Positions 1-9,236 of a DNA stretch of 51,330 bases are shown one piece after another. This DNA is from Acidobacteriota bacterium (GTDB lineage: Bacteria > Acidobacteriota > Blastocatellia > UBA7656). The stretch is from NCBI GenBank assembly GCA_040755335.1, contig JBFMAU010000003.1, forward strand, positions 1-51,330, in the 5' to 3' direction. A program made the position numbers and the translations under genes. Position 1 is the first letter of the stretch; each line of letters starts with the position of its first letter. Below the pieces are notes generated by a model, which worked only from the letters and a program-made list of their open reading frames with translations, ran no database searches and had not been told where the DNA came from.

Positions 1-126
1 TGCTGTAAAGTGTTTATAATTTGATCGTTGAGGTTCATGGGAGGTGTAGTCCTTTCGAGAAATCATACTTCAAACGAAAAGTCTACCCTCCTTCCTCATT
101 TTTACCTACTTTCACTTCGCGCACCC
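1..126 (-). mobile_element. Probable end of an IS element, with a possible transposase N-terminus (MNLNDQIINTLQ..., ATG at 38) running off the left edge
   Basis: AT-rich 1-~120 joins abruptly to the middle of a PP2C domain. Minus-strand ATG at 38 has an AAAGGA RBS-like motif upstream and is open to the edge. Only 12 codons are visible, so the family cannot be assigned. Confidence 0.4.
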
Positions 127-750
127 GTGCGGGAAGTGGGCGGCGATTATTTCGACTTCATCGATTCGGTCACAGACCGTCTCGGAGTGATCATGGCTGA
201 CGTATCGGGCAAGGGCCTTGCGGCGGCGCTCATAATGGTCACGTTCCGCGCTTACATGCACGCGACGATAATAAACGAATTCGCTATGCGGGTCGTGATG
301 TCGCGCGTAAACAAGCTGCTTCATCACACGACGGACGGCGAGCGATTCATCACGACCTTTTATGGACTGATCGATCCTGAGACCCGCCGCCTGCTCTACA
401 TCATAGCCGGTCACAATCCCCCGCTTCTGCTGCGCGCCGACGGCACGCATCGATTGCTCGAATACCGCGGCTTTCCTCTGGGAGTGTTCGACAACTCGCA
501 CTATTCGGAATCGGTAGTCGACTTTCAATCGGGCGACATACTGGTTCTCTACACAGACGGAGTGACCGAAGCGAGGAACGAGAAGGACGAGAATTTCGGC
601 ATTGAAAGGCTCGAAGAGGAAGTGCGAAAGGCAAGCGACCGGGGGGCGCGCGAGATATGCGAGGCGGTGACTGGAGCCGTCCGCGAGTATTCCGCCGAAG
701 TGGGCGGCCCGGAAGACGATCTGACTATTTCGATAATCAAGGTGAAGTGA
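127..750 (+). pseudogene. PP2C/SpoIIE (RsbU-type) Ser/Thr phosphatase domain, 5'-truncated or interrupted
   Basis: Motifs EVGGDYFD, ADVSGKG, AGH, LYTDGVTE and EDD are present. The first ~33 aa of track ORF 28..750 look non-homologous, and no N-terminal sensor domain is present. Confidence 0.7.
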
Positions 751-751
751 T

Positions 752-1186
752 TCAGCCTTTGGGAGGCCACCATCCAACCCCAACCCAGAGTCGACGAGCG
801 GCAGTTATTTCCGGGCGATTGATTTGAAGAGCGATCACAGTAGCGCGCCCGCATGCAGTCAGCCCGATTATTTCAGTTCCATCTTCGCTCCATCTGAAAT
901 GCGCTTTCCATTTCTGCCGTCGCGGATTGAACAATCGAGTGCGCCTTCCAGTCATCGGGTCGTTTCCGTAAACCTGCGCACCTTTGTGTTGATTGCATGC
1001 GATGCAAGCCATCCACAAATTTTCTTCAACGGTCTTGCCGCCTCCGGATTCGGGAACTATATGATCGATGGTCAACTGATAGCCGGTGATGCGCTGATCG
1101 GTTCGGCAATAGCCGCAGCGATAGCCTGCCGCGCGAGCCACGCGCTCACGCAGGCGAGGCGGTACGCGAGACTTGCCGGAAGTCAT
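752..1186 (-). CDS. HNH endonuclease (zinc-binding), putative toxin
   Basis: CGYC...IDHIVP..GG....NL..AC..CN.HK motif. Start MTSGKS at 1186 overlaps the upstream stop (ATGA). Confidence 0.85.
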   Translation of the reverse strand: MTSGKSRVPPRLRERVARAAGYRCGYCRTDQRITGYQLTIDHIVPESGGGKTVEENLWMACIACNQHKGAQVYGNDPMTGRRTRLFNPRRQKWKAHFRWSEDGTEIIGLTACGRATVIALQINRPEITAARRLWVGVGWWPPKG

Positions 1187-1599
1187 GGCTTGAGTTCTGC
1201 GAGCGCAGGGACTGGATGACCGCGTTGTTTGAGAAGAAGGTATGCGTAAGCTCGGCAAAGAGTCAGGCGGTCAGCCTCTTTGCTCAATGCGGTCAGAGAT
1301 TCCCGCTCGCGTCCGTTGAGTCCTTCGGCCTGATTTTTTCGTAGCAGATAATTCAAGCGACGCTGCTGAGTGGATGACAGGCGCGCTTTCGCCGTCTCCA
1401 ATAATTCTTCATCGCTGAAAGTCTCCATTTTTTCAAGCTCCGCGCGATACTCCGGCGGAAATTCATCAAGCGACGGCATAGCAGATTTCAGAATGCTGAC
1501 AAGCATCTGCCTGACAGGTCGCTTCGTCGCCCGCGCAGCGCGCTTGACCTTATCGTAAATCTCTTCCGGCAATTCAACCGTCACGGCCTGTCGGCTCAT
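1183..1599 (-). CDS. Hypothetical protein, antitoxin-like (N-terminal ribbon-helix-helix-like segment)
   Basis: VTVELPEEIYDKVKRAA pattern. Translationally coupled to the HNH gene. ATG at 1599 has a GAGGTG RBS. Confidence 0.65.
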   Translation of the reverse strand: MSRQAVTVELPEEIYDKVKRAARATKRPVRQMLVSILKSAMPSLDEFPPEYRAELEKMETFSDEELLETAKARLSSTQQRRLNYLLRKNQAEGLNGRERESLTALSKEADRLTLCRAYAYLLLKQRGHPVPALAELKP

Positions 1600-1655
1600 C
1601 GTATTCACCTCGATAATTCTGGCTCGCATTATATCACTTCAACTCTTTCATGCTA

Positions 1656-3218
1656 TCACCTGCGTGAAGGCCCATTCTCTTCTATGTCTCGAATCCTCAG
1701 CACCGTAGTGTCCGAATCTTTGTAAACCGTTTCGAAATCGCCGCTGCGCTCGGCCACTTCTAGAAAAGCCGTGTGCTGATTATCCGTGAAAACATACTCG
1801 GCTCCGAATCGCTCGCGGATTATGGGAGCAGGGTTCTTCTCTTTGCCGAGCGTTATCCGCTCGTAGTGCTTCCACAACTCCGCGTCGCTGTCATAAAGAT
1901 AAGTCGGATCGAGTCCCGCCGCGTAAGCATTGTCCGGGCTGTAGTAGAAAAGCATGGGGAAATCATCCCAGTCCGTGTTGAATACCATCGCGCCCGTGGG
2001 CGTGTGCGCGCGCAGCCATTCGCCCGCGCCCTGATAACTGAAAGGGTCCTGCTCGCTTCGGACATCCTCGCGCGCCTGCAAAACGGTCGTCTCCATAGCC
2101 GCAATCGAAACGAGCAAAACGACAGAAGCCGCCACGGCAGCAAGCGTCCGGTCGAGTGATCGCGAAAAAGTAACTTTGCTCAATCTTTCAATCCGACCGT
2201 TGAAAGTGAAGGCCGCAAACACGACGGCGAACGGAGGCCAGTATTCGATGAAGCGGCGAGATTTCAGCGCCATCACCAGAAACATCGTCGCGAGCAGGAG
2301 AAAAAACAGCGGTCTCACATCTTCCGCTCGATTGCGCCAGTCGAACCCCGCGAGCGCGATGAAGAAAATCGCAAAGGCCAGCCCGCTGCTTCCAACCATC
2401 ACCCACGTGTCATAAGGGTACCACTCGACTCCCACCGAGACGGGATATTGCGAAGTCGTCTTCATCCAGAAATGATCCCAGAACAAAGTCACGTTTTTCG
2501 GAAAATACGGATTGAAGACCATCCCCGCTGCGACGCCTGCGAGCGAATAAGCAAAGGCTTTCAATTCCACTCTCCGCTCTGCGAGATAAACCGCCGCCGA
2601 GTGAGCCAGAGCGAAAGCGAGTATCAACGGAAATAAACTGTAGAGCCAAACGAAAGCGAATGAAAGCAGGGCAAGCAGCGCATGCTTTCTTTTAAGTATC
2701 AGGTACGCGCCCGCTCCGAGCATCGCAAGCGAGAGCGCGGGCGCGCGGGTCATCGCCATGCGATAAAGAAACGGCTCAGAGCTTGCCACCAGCGGCGCAA
2801 GCCACAGCCAAAGATAACTCACACGGTTCGACATGAGCAGAGCGAAGAGCGATGTCAAACCGAGGCTCGAAAAGAAGGCTGCGGCAAGCTTTGCGCCCGT
2901 TCGAAGATCGCCCAGCGTGAAAGGCGCAAGCAGCGCGTGAAAAAGATAATGATGATCTACATAATCGCGCTCATTGAGCGTGGTCAGCGGCAACGCTTTG
3001 AAGGCAGGCAATCGGGGGAAGGACTCTCTGAGCATAGCCGCCCAGCGAATGTGATAGAAGCCGTCGTTGTCGAGAATGGCCCGCCCGCCGAACTCGATGA
3101 AGATCATAACTGACAGTATAGCGACGAAGGCCGCAGCGACCTGAACCGGGGCGCGCGCGAGCCTGCGGCCAATGGGCGAGTCCGAACCGAGGGCCTGAAT
3201 TTGCCGGCCTGTCTCCAT
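1656..3218 (-). CDS. Polytopic membrane protein, probable GT-C fold glycosyltransferase
   Basis: Many TM helices, an acidic DNDGFYH motif after the first TM, and a C-terminal soluble domain. Confidence 0.6.
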   Translation of the reverse strand: METGRQIQALGSDSPIGRRLARAPVQVAAAFVAILSVMIFIEFGGRAILDNDGFYHIRWAAMLRESFPRLPAFKALPLTTLNERDYVDHHYLFHALLAPFTLGDLRTGAKLAAAFFSSLGLTSLFALLMSNRVSYLWLWLAPLVASSEPFLYRMAMTRAPALSLAMLGAGAYLILKRKHALLALLSFAFVWLYSLFPLILAFALAHSAAVYLAERRVELKAFAYSLAGVAAGMVFNPYFPKNVTLFWDHFWMKTTSQYPVSVGVEWYPYDTWVMVGSSGLAFAIFFIALAGFDWRNRAEDVRPLFFLLLATMFLVMALKSRRFIEYWPPFAVVFAAFTFNGRIERLSKVTFSRSLDRTLAAVAASVVLLVSIAAMETTVLQAREDVRSEQDPFSYQGAGEWLRAHTPTGAMVFNTDWDDFPMLFYYSPDNAYAAGLDPTYLYDSDAELWKHYERITLGKEKNPAPIIRERFGAEYVFTDNQHTAFLEVAERSGDFETVYKDSDTTVLRIRDIEENGPSRR

Positions 3219-3433
3219 CTGTGAAAGTCAGAGAACAATACCCCTCTCAGGCTTCCCCATCAACTCTAAAATCCTTTTGCCTTTCCGCGTGAATCTTCCC
3301 GCCTCTCGGTCTTCAACGTGGTTTCATTTTTAATTAACCCCTTGTCTTTTAGATTTTAACTCGCTTCAAGACATCTATCCCCCTTTATTTTTTCGCCTTG
3401 ATTAAAAATCTTCGATTTTAGAAGAAAATTTTC

Positions 3434-3462
3434 TTGACAATTAAATACTCAGATTTTATTAT
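3434..3462 (+). promoter_or_regulatory. Sigma70-type promoter of hsp20
   Basis: TTGACA (3434-3439), 17-bp spacer, TATTAT (3457-3462), with an AT-rich upstream region. Confidence 0.75.
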
Positions 3463-3519
3463 GCCTTCGTGCTACGAAACGACAAAAACGCAATCAACAA
3501 TCTCAAGGAGGTAAAAATT

Positions 3520-3993
3520 ATGGCGAAGACAGGAACGCAGATAGCCCCTGTGAGGGGATTTCGATCAATGCTCAACCGTGATCCTTTTCGAGAGCTTTTC
3601 GAGTTGCAGCGCGAATTCAACCGCTTTTTCGAGGGCGGCCCCAGGCAGGAGACGGCGCTCAATGCCTGGACGCCAGCCGTTGATGTTTACGAAGACGAGA
3701 ACGCTTTTCTCATCAAGGTCGAGCTTCCCGAAGTCAACCGCGAGGATGTCAAGGTGAATCTGGAAGACAATGTTTTGTCCATCAGCGGAGAGCGGCGATT
3801 CGAGAACGAAGAGCGGCGCGATGGCTATCACAGGGTCGAGCGCAGCTATGGTCAGTTTTATCGCTCGTTCACTCTCCCGCCCAATGTGCAGGCCGAACAG
3901 GTCAGCGCGCAGTACAAGGATGGCGTGCTGAGGTTGACTCTCCCCAAGAAAGAAGAAGCCAAGCCCAAGCAGATCGATGTGAAGATCGGTTAA
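3520..3993 (+). CDS. Hsp20/alpha-crystallin small heat-shock protein
   Basis: PAVDVYE, ERSYGQFYRSFTLP and YKDGVLRLTLPK motifs. AAGGAGG RBS before ATG 3520. Confidence 0.95.
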   Translation: MAKTGTQIAPVRGFRSMLNRDPFRELFELQREFNRFFEGGPRQETALNAWTPAVDVYEDENAFLIKVELPEVNREDVKVNLEDNVLSISGERRFENEERRDGYHRVERSYGQFYRSFTLPPNVQAEQVSAQYKDGVLRLTLPKKEEAKPKQIDVKIG

Positions 3994-4015
3994 ACGACTC
4001 CTTTCGATTCTTTCG

Positions 4016-4052
4016 GGCTGCGACCTTTGCGGGTTGCGGCCTTTTGTTTTTT
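4016..4052 (+). terminator. Intrinsic terminator after hsp20
   Basis: GGCTGCGACC/GGTTGCGGCC stem (with G-U pairs) followed by a T-tract. Confidence 0.7.
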
Positions 4053-4207
4053 CAGGGCTGTTGCCGCAGTCCTGGGGGCGCACGCTTCCAGCGTGCAAGG
4101 CTTACGCATTCGGGCAAGGATCGACTACTGAAGCCTAGCACGCAATCGGCGTGCGCTCCCAGGGTGGTCTACTTTTTCTGTTGTCAAGCGACTTTGCAAC
4201 AGCCCTG
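4053..4207. mobile_element. MITE/REP-like element, copy 1
   Basis: 12-bp terminal inverted repeats CAGGGCTGTTGC/GCAACAGCCCTG and internal palindromes (GCACGC..GCGTGC). Near-identical inverted copy at 32941-33077. Confidence 0.75.
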
Positions 4208-4282
4208 TTTGTTTTTTAGCCGCCCTTGACTTTCGCTCGCCGCGCATCGTATAACGCAGGGAACATTCGAGAGGACAATTAA

Positions 4283-4717
4283 ATGTGGGGACAAGACAAA
4301 ATGAAACTGGTGAAGACCGACAGCGGCGGCTCTGATTTCGGGTTGATAAGTCGGGGGATTGAAATCCTTGGCGAGATAACTTTCAACAATCAACTCAATG
4401 TTGAAGGAAAAGTCAAAGGCAAGCTTGCCAGCGAAAACGGCACCCTCAATGTAGGAGAAACAGGCATCATCGAAGCCGAGGTCGAAGTCGGAGTGTGCGT
4501 CATTCACGGAACGATCAACGGCGACCTCCGCGCCAAGACGAGAGTCGAAATCCGCAGGAGCGGAAAAGTCCATGGCGATGTCGTCACTCCCATTCTGCTC
4601 GTGGAAGAGGGAGCCGTCTTCAACGGCAACATCAAAATGGACAAACAGGAAGTCAGAAGGCTCGTCGAACACGCGCAGTCAGAAGACGAAGACCAGCGCA
4701 AATTCAAAAAAGCCTGA
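4283..4717 (+). CDS. Bactofilin (polymer-forming cytoskeletal protein)
   Basis: Beta-helical repeats G.I.F...L.VEG.V.G and VEEGAVFNG. Confidence 0.9.
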   Translation: MWGQDKMKLVKTDSGGSDFGLISRGIEILGEITFNNQLNVEGKVKGKLASENGTLNVGETGIIEAEVEVGVCVIHGTINGDLRAKTRVEIRRSGKVHGDVVTPILLVEEGAVFNGNIKMDKQEVRRLVEHAQSEDEDQRKFKKA

Positions 4718-4819
4718 CCGCGTAACCTTCCTCTGTTTTCAAACTGCAATTTCCGGAGGCCGCTTCTAGCGGCGCGCTCCTTCCTTGTGTCTGTTTAGCG
4801 GCGCGAATATATTCCAGCT

Positions 4820-5533
4820 ATGCAATCATTTCATCCTCGTAGCGTAAAAGATCGACTCATAGTCGCGCTCGATGTCGCTGACCGACTGAGCGCGCTTAGG
4901 CTCATCGAGCAGTTGCAAGGTCTCGCGGGCATGTTCAAAGTGGGGCTGGAACTCTACACCGCATGCGGCCCTGCGCTTGTGCGCGAAATCATAGAATCGG
5001 GCGGGAGAGTTTTTCTCGACCTGAAATTTCACGACATCCCCAATACTGTCGCAGGCGCGGCGCGATCAGCCGCCCGCCTCGGAGTTTCTCTGTTCAACCT
5101 CCACACTCTTGGCGGCGCGGAGATGATGCGCGCCGCCGCAGGCGCAATCTCGGAAATCAATCCGCGCCCTGCTCTGCTCGGAGTGACGGTGCTGACGAGC
5201 ATGAATAGAACCGATCTTTCTGAAATCGGCGTCGTCTCCGAGGTCGAAGAGGAAGTTTTGCGGCTCGCTGCTTTGGCCCGCGATTCAGGGCTTGATGGCG
5301 TGGTCGCTTCTCCGCGCGAGATTCGCGCCATACGCGAGCGAATCCCGGAGCCGTTCATAATTCTCACTCCGGGCATAAGGCCCATGTGGTCGGAAAGCGG
5401 GGACCAGAAGCGCATCTCAACACCGGCGGCAGCCATTCGCGACGGCGCGGATTTCATAGTCATAGGCCGCGCCATAACCTCAAGCGCGGATCCGCGCGCG
5501 GCAGCCGAGCGCGTACTCGAAGCGATGCAGTAA
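4820..5533 (+). CDS. pyrF: Orotidine-5'-phosphate decarboxylase
   Basis: LIVALD, FKVG, DLKFHDIPNT, TPGIR and VIGRAI motifs. Confidence 0.97.
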   Translation: MQSFHPRSVKDRLIVALDVADRLSALRLIEQLQGLAGMFKVGLELYTACGPALVREIIESGGRVFLDLKFHDIPNTVAGAARSAARLGVSLFNLHTLGGAEMMRAAAGAISEINPRPALLGVTVLTSMNRTDLSEIGVVSEVEEEVLRLAALARDSGLDGVVASPREIRAIRERIPEPFIILTPGIRPMWSESGDQKRISTPAAAIRDGADFIVIGRAITSSADPRAAAERVLEAMQ

Positions 5534-5539
5534 GCATTC

Positions 5540-5708
5540 GTCCGTTGTCCGTTGTCATTTGTCATTTGTTTATTCGGTCAATCGGTGAGGCAACCCGGAT
5601 GTCTGGCGGTTATTTTTCAGGCAGACTGGTTCTATGAAAGAGTCAACGATGAATCAAACTGATCACAAACAACTGACCACTGACAACGGACAACGGACAA
5701 CGGACAAT
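5540..5708. repeat. Heptamer tandem repeats in inverted orientation (CCGTTGT at ~5540-5568; ACAACGG at ~5672-5708)
   Basis: Seen directly. The second block falls inside the hydrolase N-terminus (LTTDNGQRTTDN). Confidence 0.75.
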
Positions 5709-6437
5709 AGACCGCTGCTCGTCAACATTCCCGGTCTCGACGGAACAGGCCAGTTGTTCTTCAAGCAGAGTCCCTATCTCGATGAAGGCTATCGCGTGGT
5801 GAGCATCCGTCTGCGCGATCACGGGCGATTCACTTATGAAGACCTCGCCGATGATGTCGCCGCAGTGATTCGCCAGCACGGAGAAGAGCGCGCTACCGTT
5901 ACGGCGGAATCTTTCGGCGGAGGCGTGGCGCTTACCTTCGCGCTCAGATATCCGCAGATGGTCGAACGCCTCGTCATAGTCAATTCCTTCCCGCGCTATC
6001 GCCAGCGCGCGAGGATCCGTCTCGGCGCGTGGCTTGCTGCCCGCATTCCCTTTTCGCTTGCATGGCCCGTGAGAAAATTCGCGTCTCTCGTAGGACTTTT
6101 CGTAGACCGCGTGCCTCCAGAGGATCGCCGTCGATTCTTCGAAGCCACGCGAACCATTGCGGGCGATGCATACGCGCGAAGGCTTCAGCTTATATCGGAA
6201 CTCGACATCGAAGACCGTCTGTCGGAGATAGCGGCGCCGACTCTTTTGATTGGCTGCAAAAAAGATTTGCTCGTCCGCTCTGTTAGCGAGGCTCACAGAA
6301 TGGCTGCGCGCATACCTCACGCGCAGGTGAAAATCTTTCACGACGCGGGCCACGCATGTCTTATGGGAGATAGAGTCCGACTTGCAGATGTGATGAGAGA
6401 ATGGATAGAAGATCAGGCTCACCTGAGCCGGGTCTGA
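5634..6437 (+). CDS. Alpha/beta hydrolase
   Basis: PGLDGTG, nucleophile elbow AESFGG, and a C-terminal AGH catalytic His. Confidence 0.88.
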   Translation: MKESTMNQTDHKQLTTDNGQRTTDNRPLLVNIPGLDGTGQLFFKQSPYLDEGYRVVSIRLRDHGRFTYEDLADDVAAVIRQHGEERATVTAESFGGGVALTFALRYPQMVERLVIVNSFPRYRQRARIRLGAWLAARIPFSLAWPVRKFASLVGLFVDRVPPEDRRRFFEATRTIAGDAYARRLQLISELDIEDRLSEIAAPTLLIGCKKDLLVRSVSEAHRMAARIPHAQVKIFHDAGHACLMGDRVRLADVMREWIEDQAHLSRV

Positions 6438-8314
6438 GCTTCGGCAGCGCGCTTCTCCCGCCTCATTTTTTTCCTGCCCTTTTTCCTCATGTCTTTTCTG
6501 ATATAAACGATGAAGCGTTCGACTCTGCGGAGGCGTTTGTATCGGCTGAGAAATTCCTGAAACTCAGGAAAGCTTTTCATCGCCAGTCGGCGGTTGAAAA
6601 CTCCAAGCTCGTCTATAAGGTATTTCGGCTGCGTCTGTTCGAGATCATCAAGCAATCGCTTGCGCGCATGCGCCATCGCTTCATCGTCGAGTATAGGGGC
6701 TATCTTGTCGTGGAAGTAATGAACATCTGCCGGGATGCCCGTGAGCGACTGTGTGCTTAAAAAACGCGACGCGGGTATCAGCCCCGACCAGTAATACACC
6801 TCAGGCCGATAGCCCCATACGAAGAGATAATCTTCAGGCCCGTTGATTCCCTTCTCTCGCGGGCCGCCTGCGCGAATCTCTTCCGCTCGATCCCCTGCCC
6901 CATCGGGCAGCCGCCTGACGAGAGCCGCTATCATTCGCTCCTCGCGCGATAATTTTTCGTGATACCAATCGACAGTCGTCTGACTCTTCTTTCCTCTTAT
7001 CCAATCGAGGGCAAGCTCTACAGTCCTTATGTGAAATCGAGCGAGAGTAAAAACGAATCCGATCATTAAAAACGCTATCGCCGAGCGACGAACCCTGAGA
7101 GCTATATCATCAGAACGCAATGCCTCGCGGATGATCCTGAGTCCCCGCGCTGCGATCAAACAAAGCGGAGGCAGTATCTGAAAAAAGTAATGTCCGTAAA
7201 ACCTGCCGCCCACGCACAGGCCCGCATAAGAAACCGCAAGCCATAAGAGCATCATTACATCACTCGCCTGCTCCGTCTCGCTCGTTTTGCGCCGACGGAT
7301 GACCCTGAAAGTGACGACCACGAGCGCGACAAGCAAGGTGCTATTGAGCGCGAAATAACCCGCCGTCTGCGAGAGCGCCGTCACGAGCATACTCGTCAGA
7401 GAAAAATATCCTGCATAGCGCGATCCCCACACCCAGACATCCGTCCAGTAATCCGAAAGCGAACCGCTCGCGGCTATGTAGATGAGAAACGGCAGCGATG
7501 CCATGATGAAACCGACGATTGCGAGCGTGAAGAGGTGAAGAGGTGAAGAGGTGAAGAGGTGAAGAGGTGTGGGAGTGTGTGGGTGTGGGAGTGTGGGAGT
7601 GAAGGAAGAAGTCTTATCGTTCCCATACTCACTTGCACCCATACTCCCACACTCCCTTACTCCCACACTCCCATACTCCGTCGCTTCGTTTTTCTGAAAG
7701 AAGCGCGCGGCGATCAGCAATGCCACGAAAAAAATCAGAGCAAAGATGGCTTTCGGATTTATTTGAGATGCTATCCCTGCAAGAGCGCCGCCTGACAGAG
7801 CAAGCCATCTTGATCGACTCGCTATTGTCTCCGCGCGGGAGCGGACGAAGAGAAAAGCGGCAGCCGCGTAGGGCAGCGCCATCAGAAAATCCGTGTTGAG
7901 TCCCTGCATGTGTCCCGTCGTGTAAGTCGTGCTGAATATCACGAAGCACGCGGCGGCTATCAGTCCCATCCTTCGGTCGTAGAGGAGCGAGCCGAATCTG
8001 TAAAGTGCTGCGCCGATGGCTACCGCATATAAAACCGTAAACAGGCGGATGACGATTATGTGCGCGCCGAACAGCTTGAACAGCGCGGCGTAGATGAGAG
8101 GCAACGCGGGCGGTTTGTCGAAATAGATTTCCCCGTAGAGCGCCTTGCCGCGAAGTATCTCTTCGGCTGCGGTGAACCACAATCCGTCGTCTTCGTAGAG
8201 ATTGCCCGAATAAAAAATGCGAAGCAGGAAACTGATCGAGAGAAGGGCGAGAAAAAAGCAGATGACCGTTTTGCGACTGATGATTGCTTGATCGGGATTG
8301 AATGTGAGTCGCAC
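6419..8314 (-). CDS. ArnT/PMT-like (GT-C) membrane glycosyltransferase, paralog A
   Basis: EDDG, YFDKPP and GGRFYGHYF motifs, multiple TMs, FVWG in the C-terminal domain. Confidence 0.8.
   Translation of the reverse strand: MRLTFNPDQAIISRKTVICFFLALLSISFLLRIFYSGNLYEDDGLWFTAAEEILRGKALYGEIYFDKPPALPLIYAALFKLFGAHIIVIRLFTVLYAVAIGAALYRFGSLLYDRRMGLIAAACFVIFSTTYTTGHMQGLNTDFLMALPYAAAAFLFVRSRAETIASRSRWLALSGGALAGIASQINPKAIFALIFFVALLIAARFFQKNEATEYGSVGVRECGSMGASEYGNDKTSSFTPTLPHPHTPTPLHLFTSSPLHLFTLAIVGFIMASLPFLIYIAASGSLSDYWTDVWVWGSRYAGYFSLTSMLVTALSQTAGYFALNSTLLVALVVVTFRVIRRRKTSETEQASDVMMLLWLAVSYAGLCVGGRFYGHYFFQILPPLCLIAARGLRIIREALRSDDIALRVRRSAIAFLMIGFVFTLARFHIRTVELALDWIRGKKSQTTVDWYHEKLSREERMIAALVRRLPDGAGDRAEEIRAGGPREKGINGPEDYLFVWGYRPEVYYWSGLIPASRFLSTQSLTGIPADVHYFHDKIAPILDDEAMAHARKRLLDDLEQTQPKYLIDELGVFNRRLAMKSFPEFQEFLSRYKRLRRVERFIVYIRKDMRKKGRKKMRREKRAAEAQTRLR
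7505..7692. repeat. ~188-bp block of 8-mer repeats (GTGAAGAG x5, GTGTGGGA, CCCACACT/CCCATACT), identical to 10281-10468
   Basis: Direct comparison, offset 2776 bp. Confidence 0.9.
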
Positions 8315-8318
8315 GGTT

Positions 8319-9185
8319 TCAGATAGCGTTTAGGGTGACGGGAACGAGCGCGGGTTCCAGATCAGCGTGTGCGCCGATGGCTGCGTCTAGTTCATCCGCA
8401 AGATTGCCTCTCGCAGAAGAGAGCGAATGAAAATCGAACAACTTTCGATCCATCAACTGAGACGGGCTGACGTTGGCCAGCGCTCGGAGCATCGAGTTTC
8501 GTAATTCGGGAATCTCGCTTTCGAGTTCCCGGATCAGACGTTTGACGCGCTTGCGTTTCAAATTTTCCTGCGAGCCGCAAAGATCGCACGGGATGATGGG
8601 ATAACTTTGAGTCTCGGCGAAAGCCGCTATGTCGCGCTCCCACGAGTAAGCCAGAGGGCGTATGACCATATTGCGCCCGTCGTCGCTCCGCAGCGCGGGC
8701 GGCATAGCTTTGAGCGAGCCTGTGAAGAAGAGATTGAGCAGAAAGGTTTCGAGTATATCGTCAGCGTGATGGCCCAAGGCGATCTTCGAGCATCCCTCTT
8801 CGACCGCCGTGTTGTAGAGTATGCCGCGACGCAGTCTCGAACAAAGCGCGCAGGTGGTCTTCCCATCAGGCACGATCGCTTTGACTATCGAGTAAGTATC
8901 CTGCTCGATTATTCGATACGGCACTCGGATCGAAGAGAGATAATGGGGCAAAACGTCGGCGGGAAATCCGGGTTGTTTCTGGTCGAGATTGACCGCGAGC
9001 AACTCAAATCGGACAGGCGCGCGGCGTTGAAGATCAAGAAGAAGCGCGAGCAGAGTGTAGCTGTCTTTGCCGCCGCTGAGGCAGACCATCACGCGGTCGC
9101 CGTCTTCTATCATACGGAAATCGCCGATCGCGCGCCCCGCGCCGCGCAGAAGTTTTTGTTTCAGTCTTTCGCTTCTCTCAATCAT
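8319..9185 (-). CDS. ttcA: tRNA 2-thiocytidine(32) synthetase
   Basis: PP-loop [23 protein letters not shown] and [10 protein letters not shown] motifs. Confidence 0.95.
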   Translation of the reverse strand: MIERSERLKQKLLRGAGRAIGDFRMIEDGDRVMVCLSGGKDSYTLLALLLDLQRRAPVRFELLAVNLDQKQPGFPADVLPHYLSSIRVPYRIIEQDTYSIVKAIVPDGKTTCALCSRLRRGILYNTAVEEGCSKIALGHHADDILETFLLNLFFTGSLKAMPPALRSDDGRNMVIRPLAYSWERDIAAFAETQSYPIIPCDLCGSQENLKRKRVKRLIRELESEIPELRNSMLRALANVSPSQLMDRKLFDFHSLSSARGNLADELDAAIGAHADLEPALVPVTLNAI

Positions 9186-9236
9186 AAGGGAAGCCTGATA
9201 CTAGCACATCGAAATGAGCCGTTGCCACAGCCCTTT

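Noticed and set aside
3441-3475. CIRCE (HrcA) operator at the hsp20 promoter
   Set aside because: Only partial resemblance (ATACTC, GTGCTA); spacing and sequence do not fit TTAGCACTC-N9-GAGTGCTAA.
4044-4229. Similar small ORFs at 4044..4229 and 32906..33205 as a duplicated peptide gene
   Set aside because: The similarity is fully explained by the shared non-coding MITE/REP element.
7527-7680. Short tandem repeats as a CRISPR array
   Set aside because: Units are 8 nt with no unique spacers, they lie inside a CDS, and no cas genes are present.
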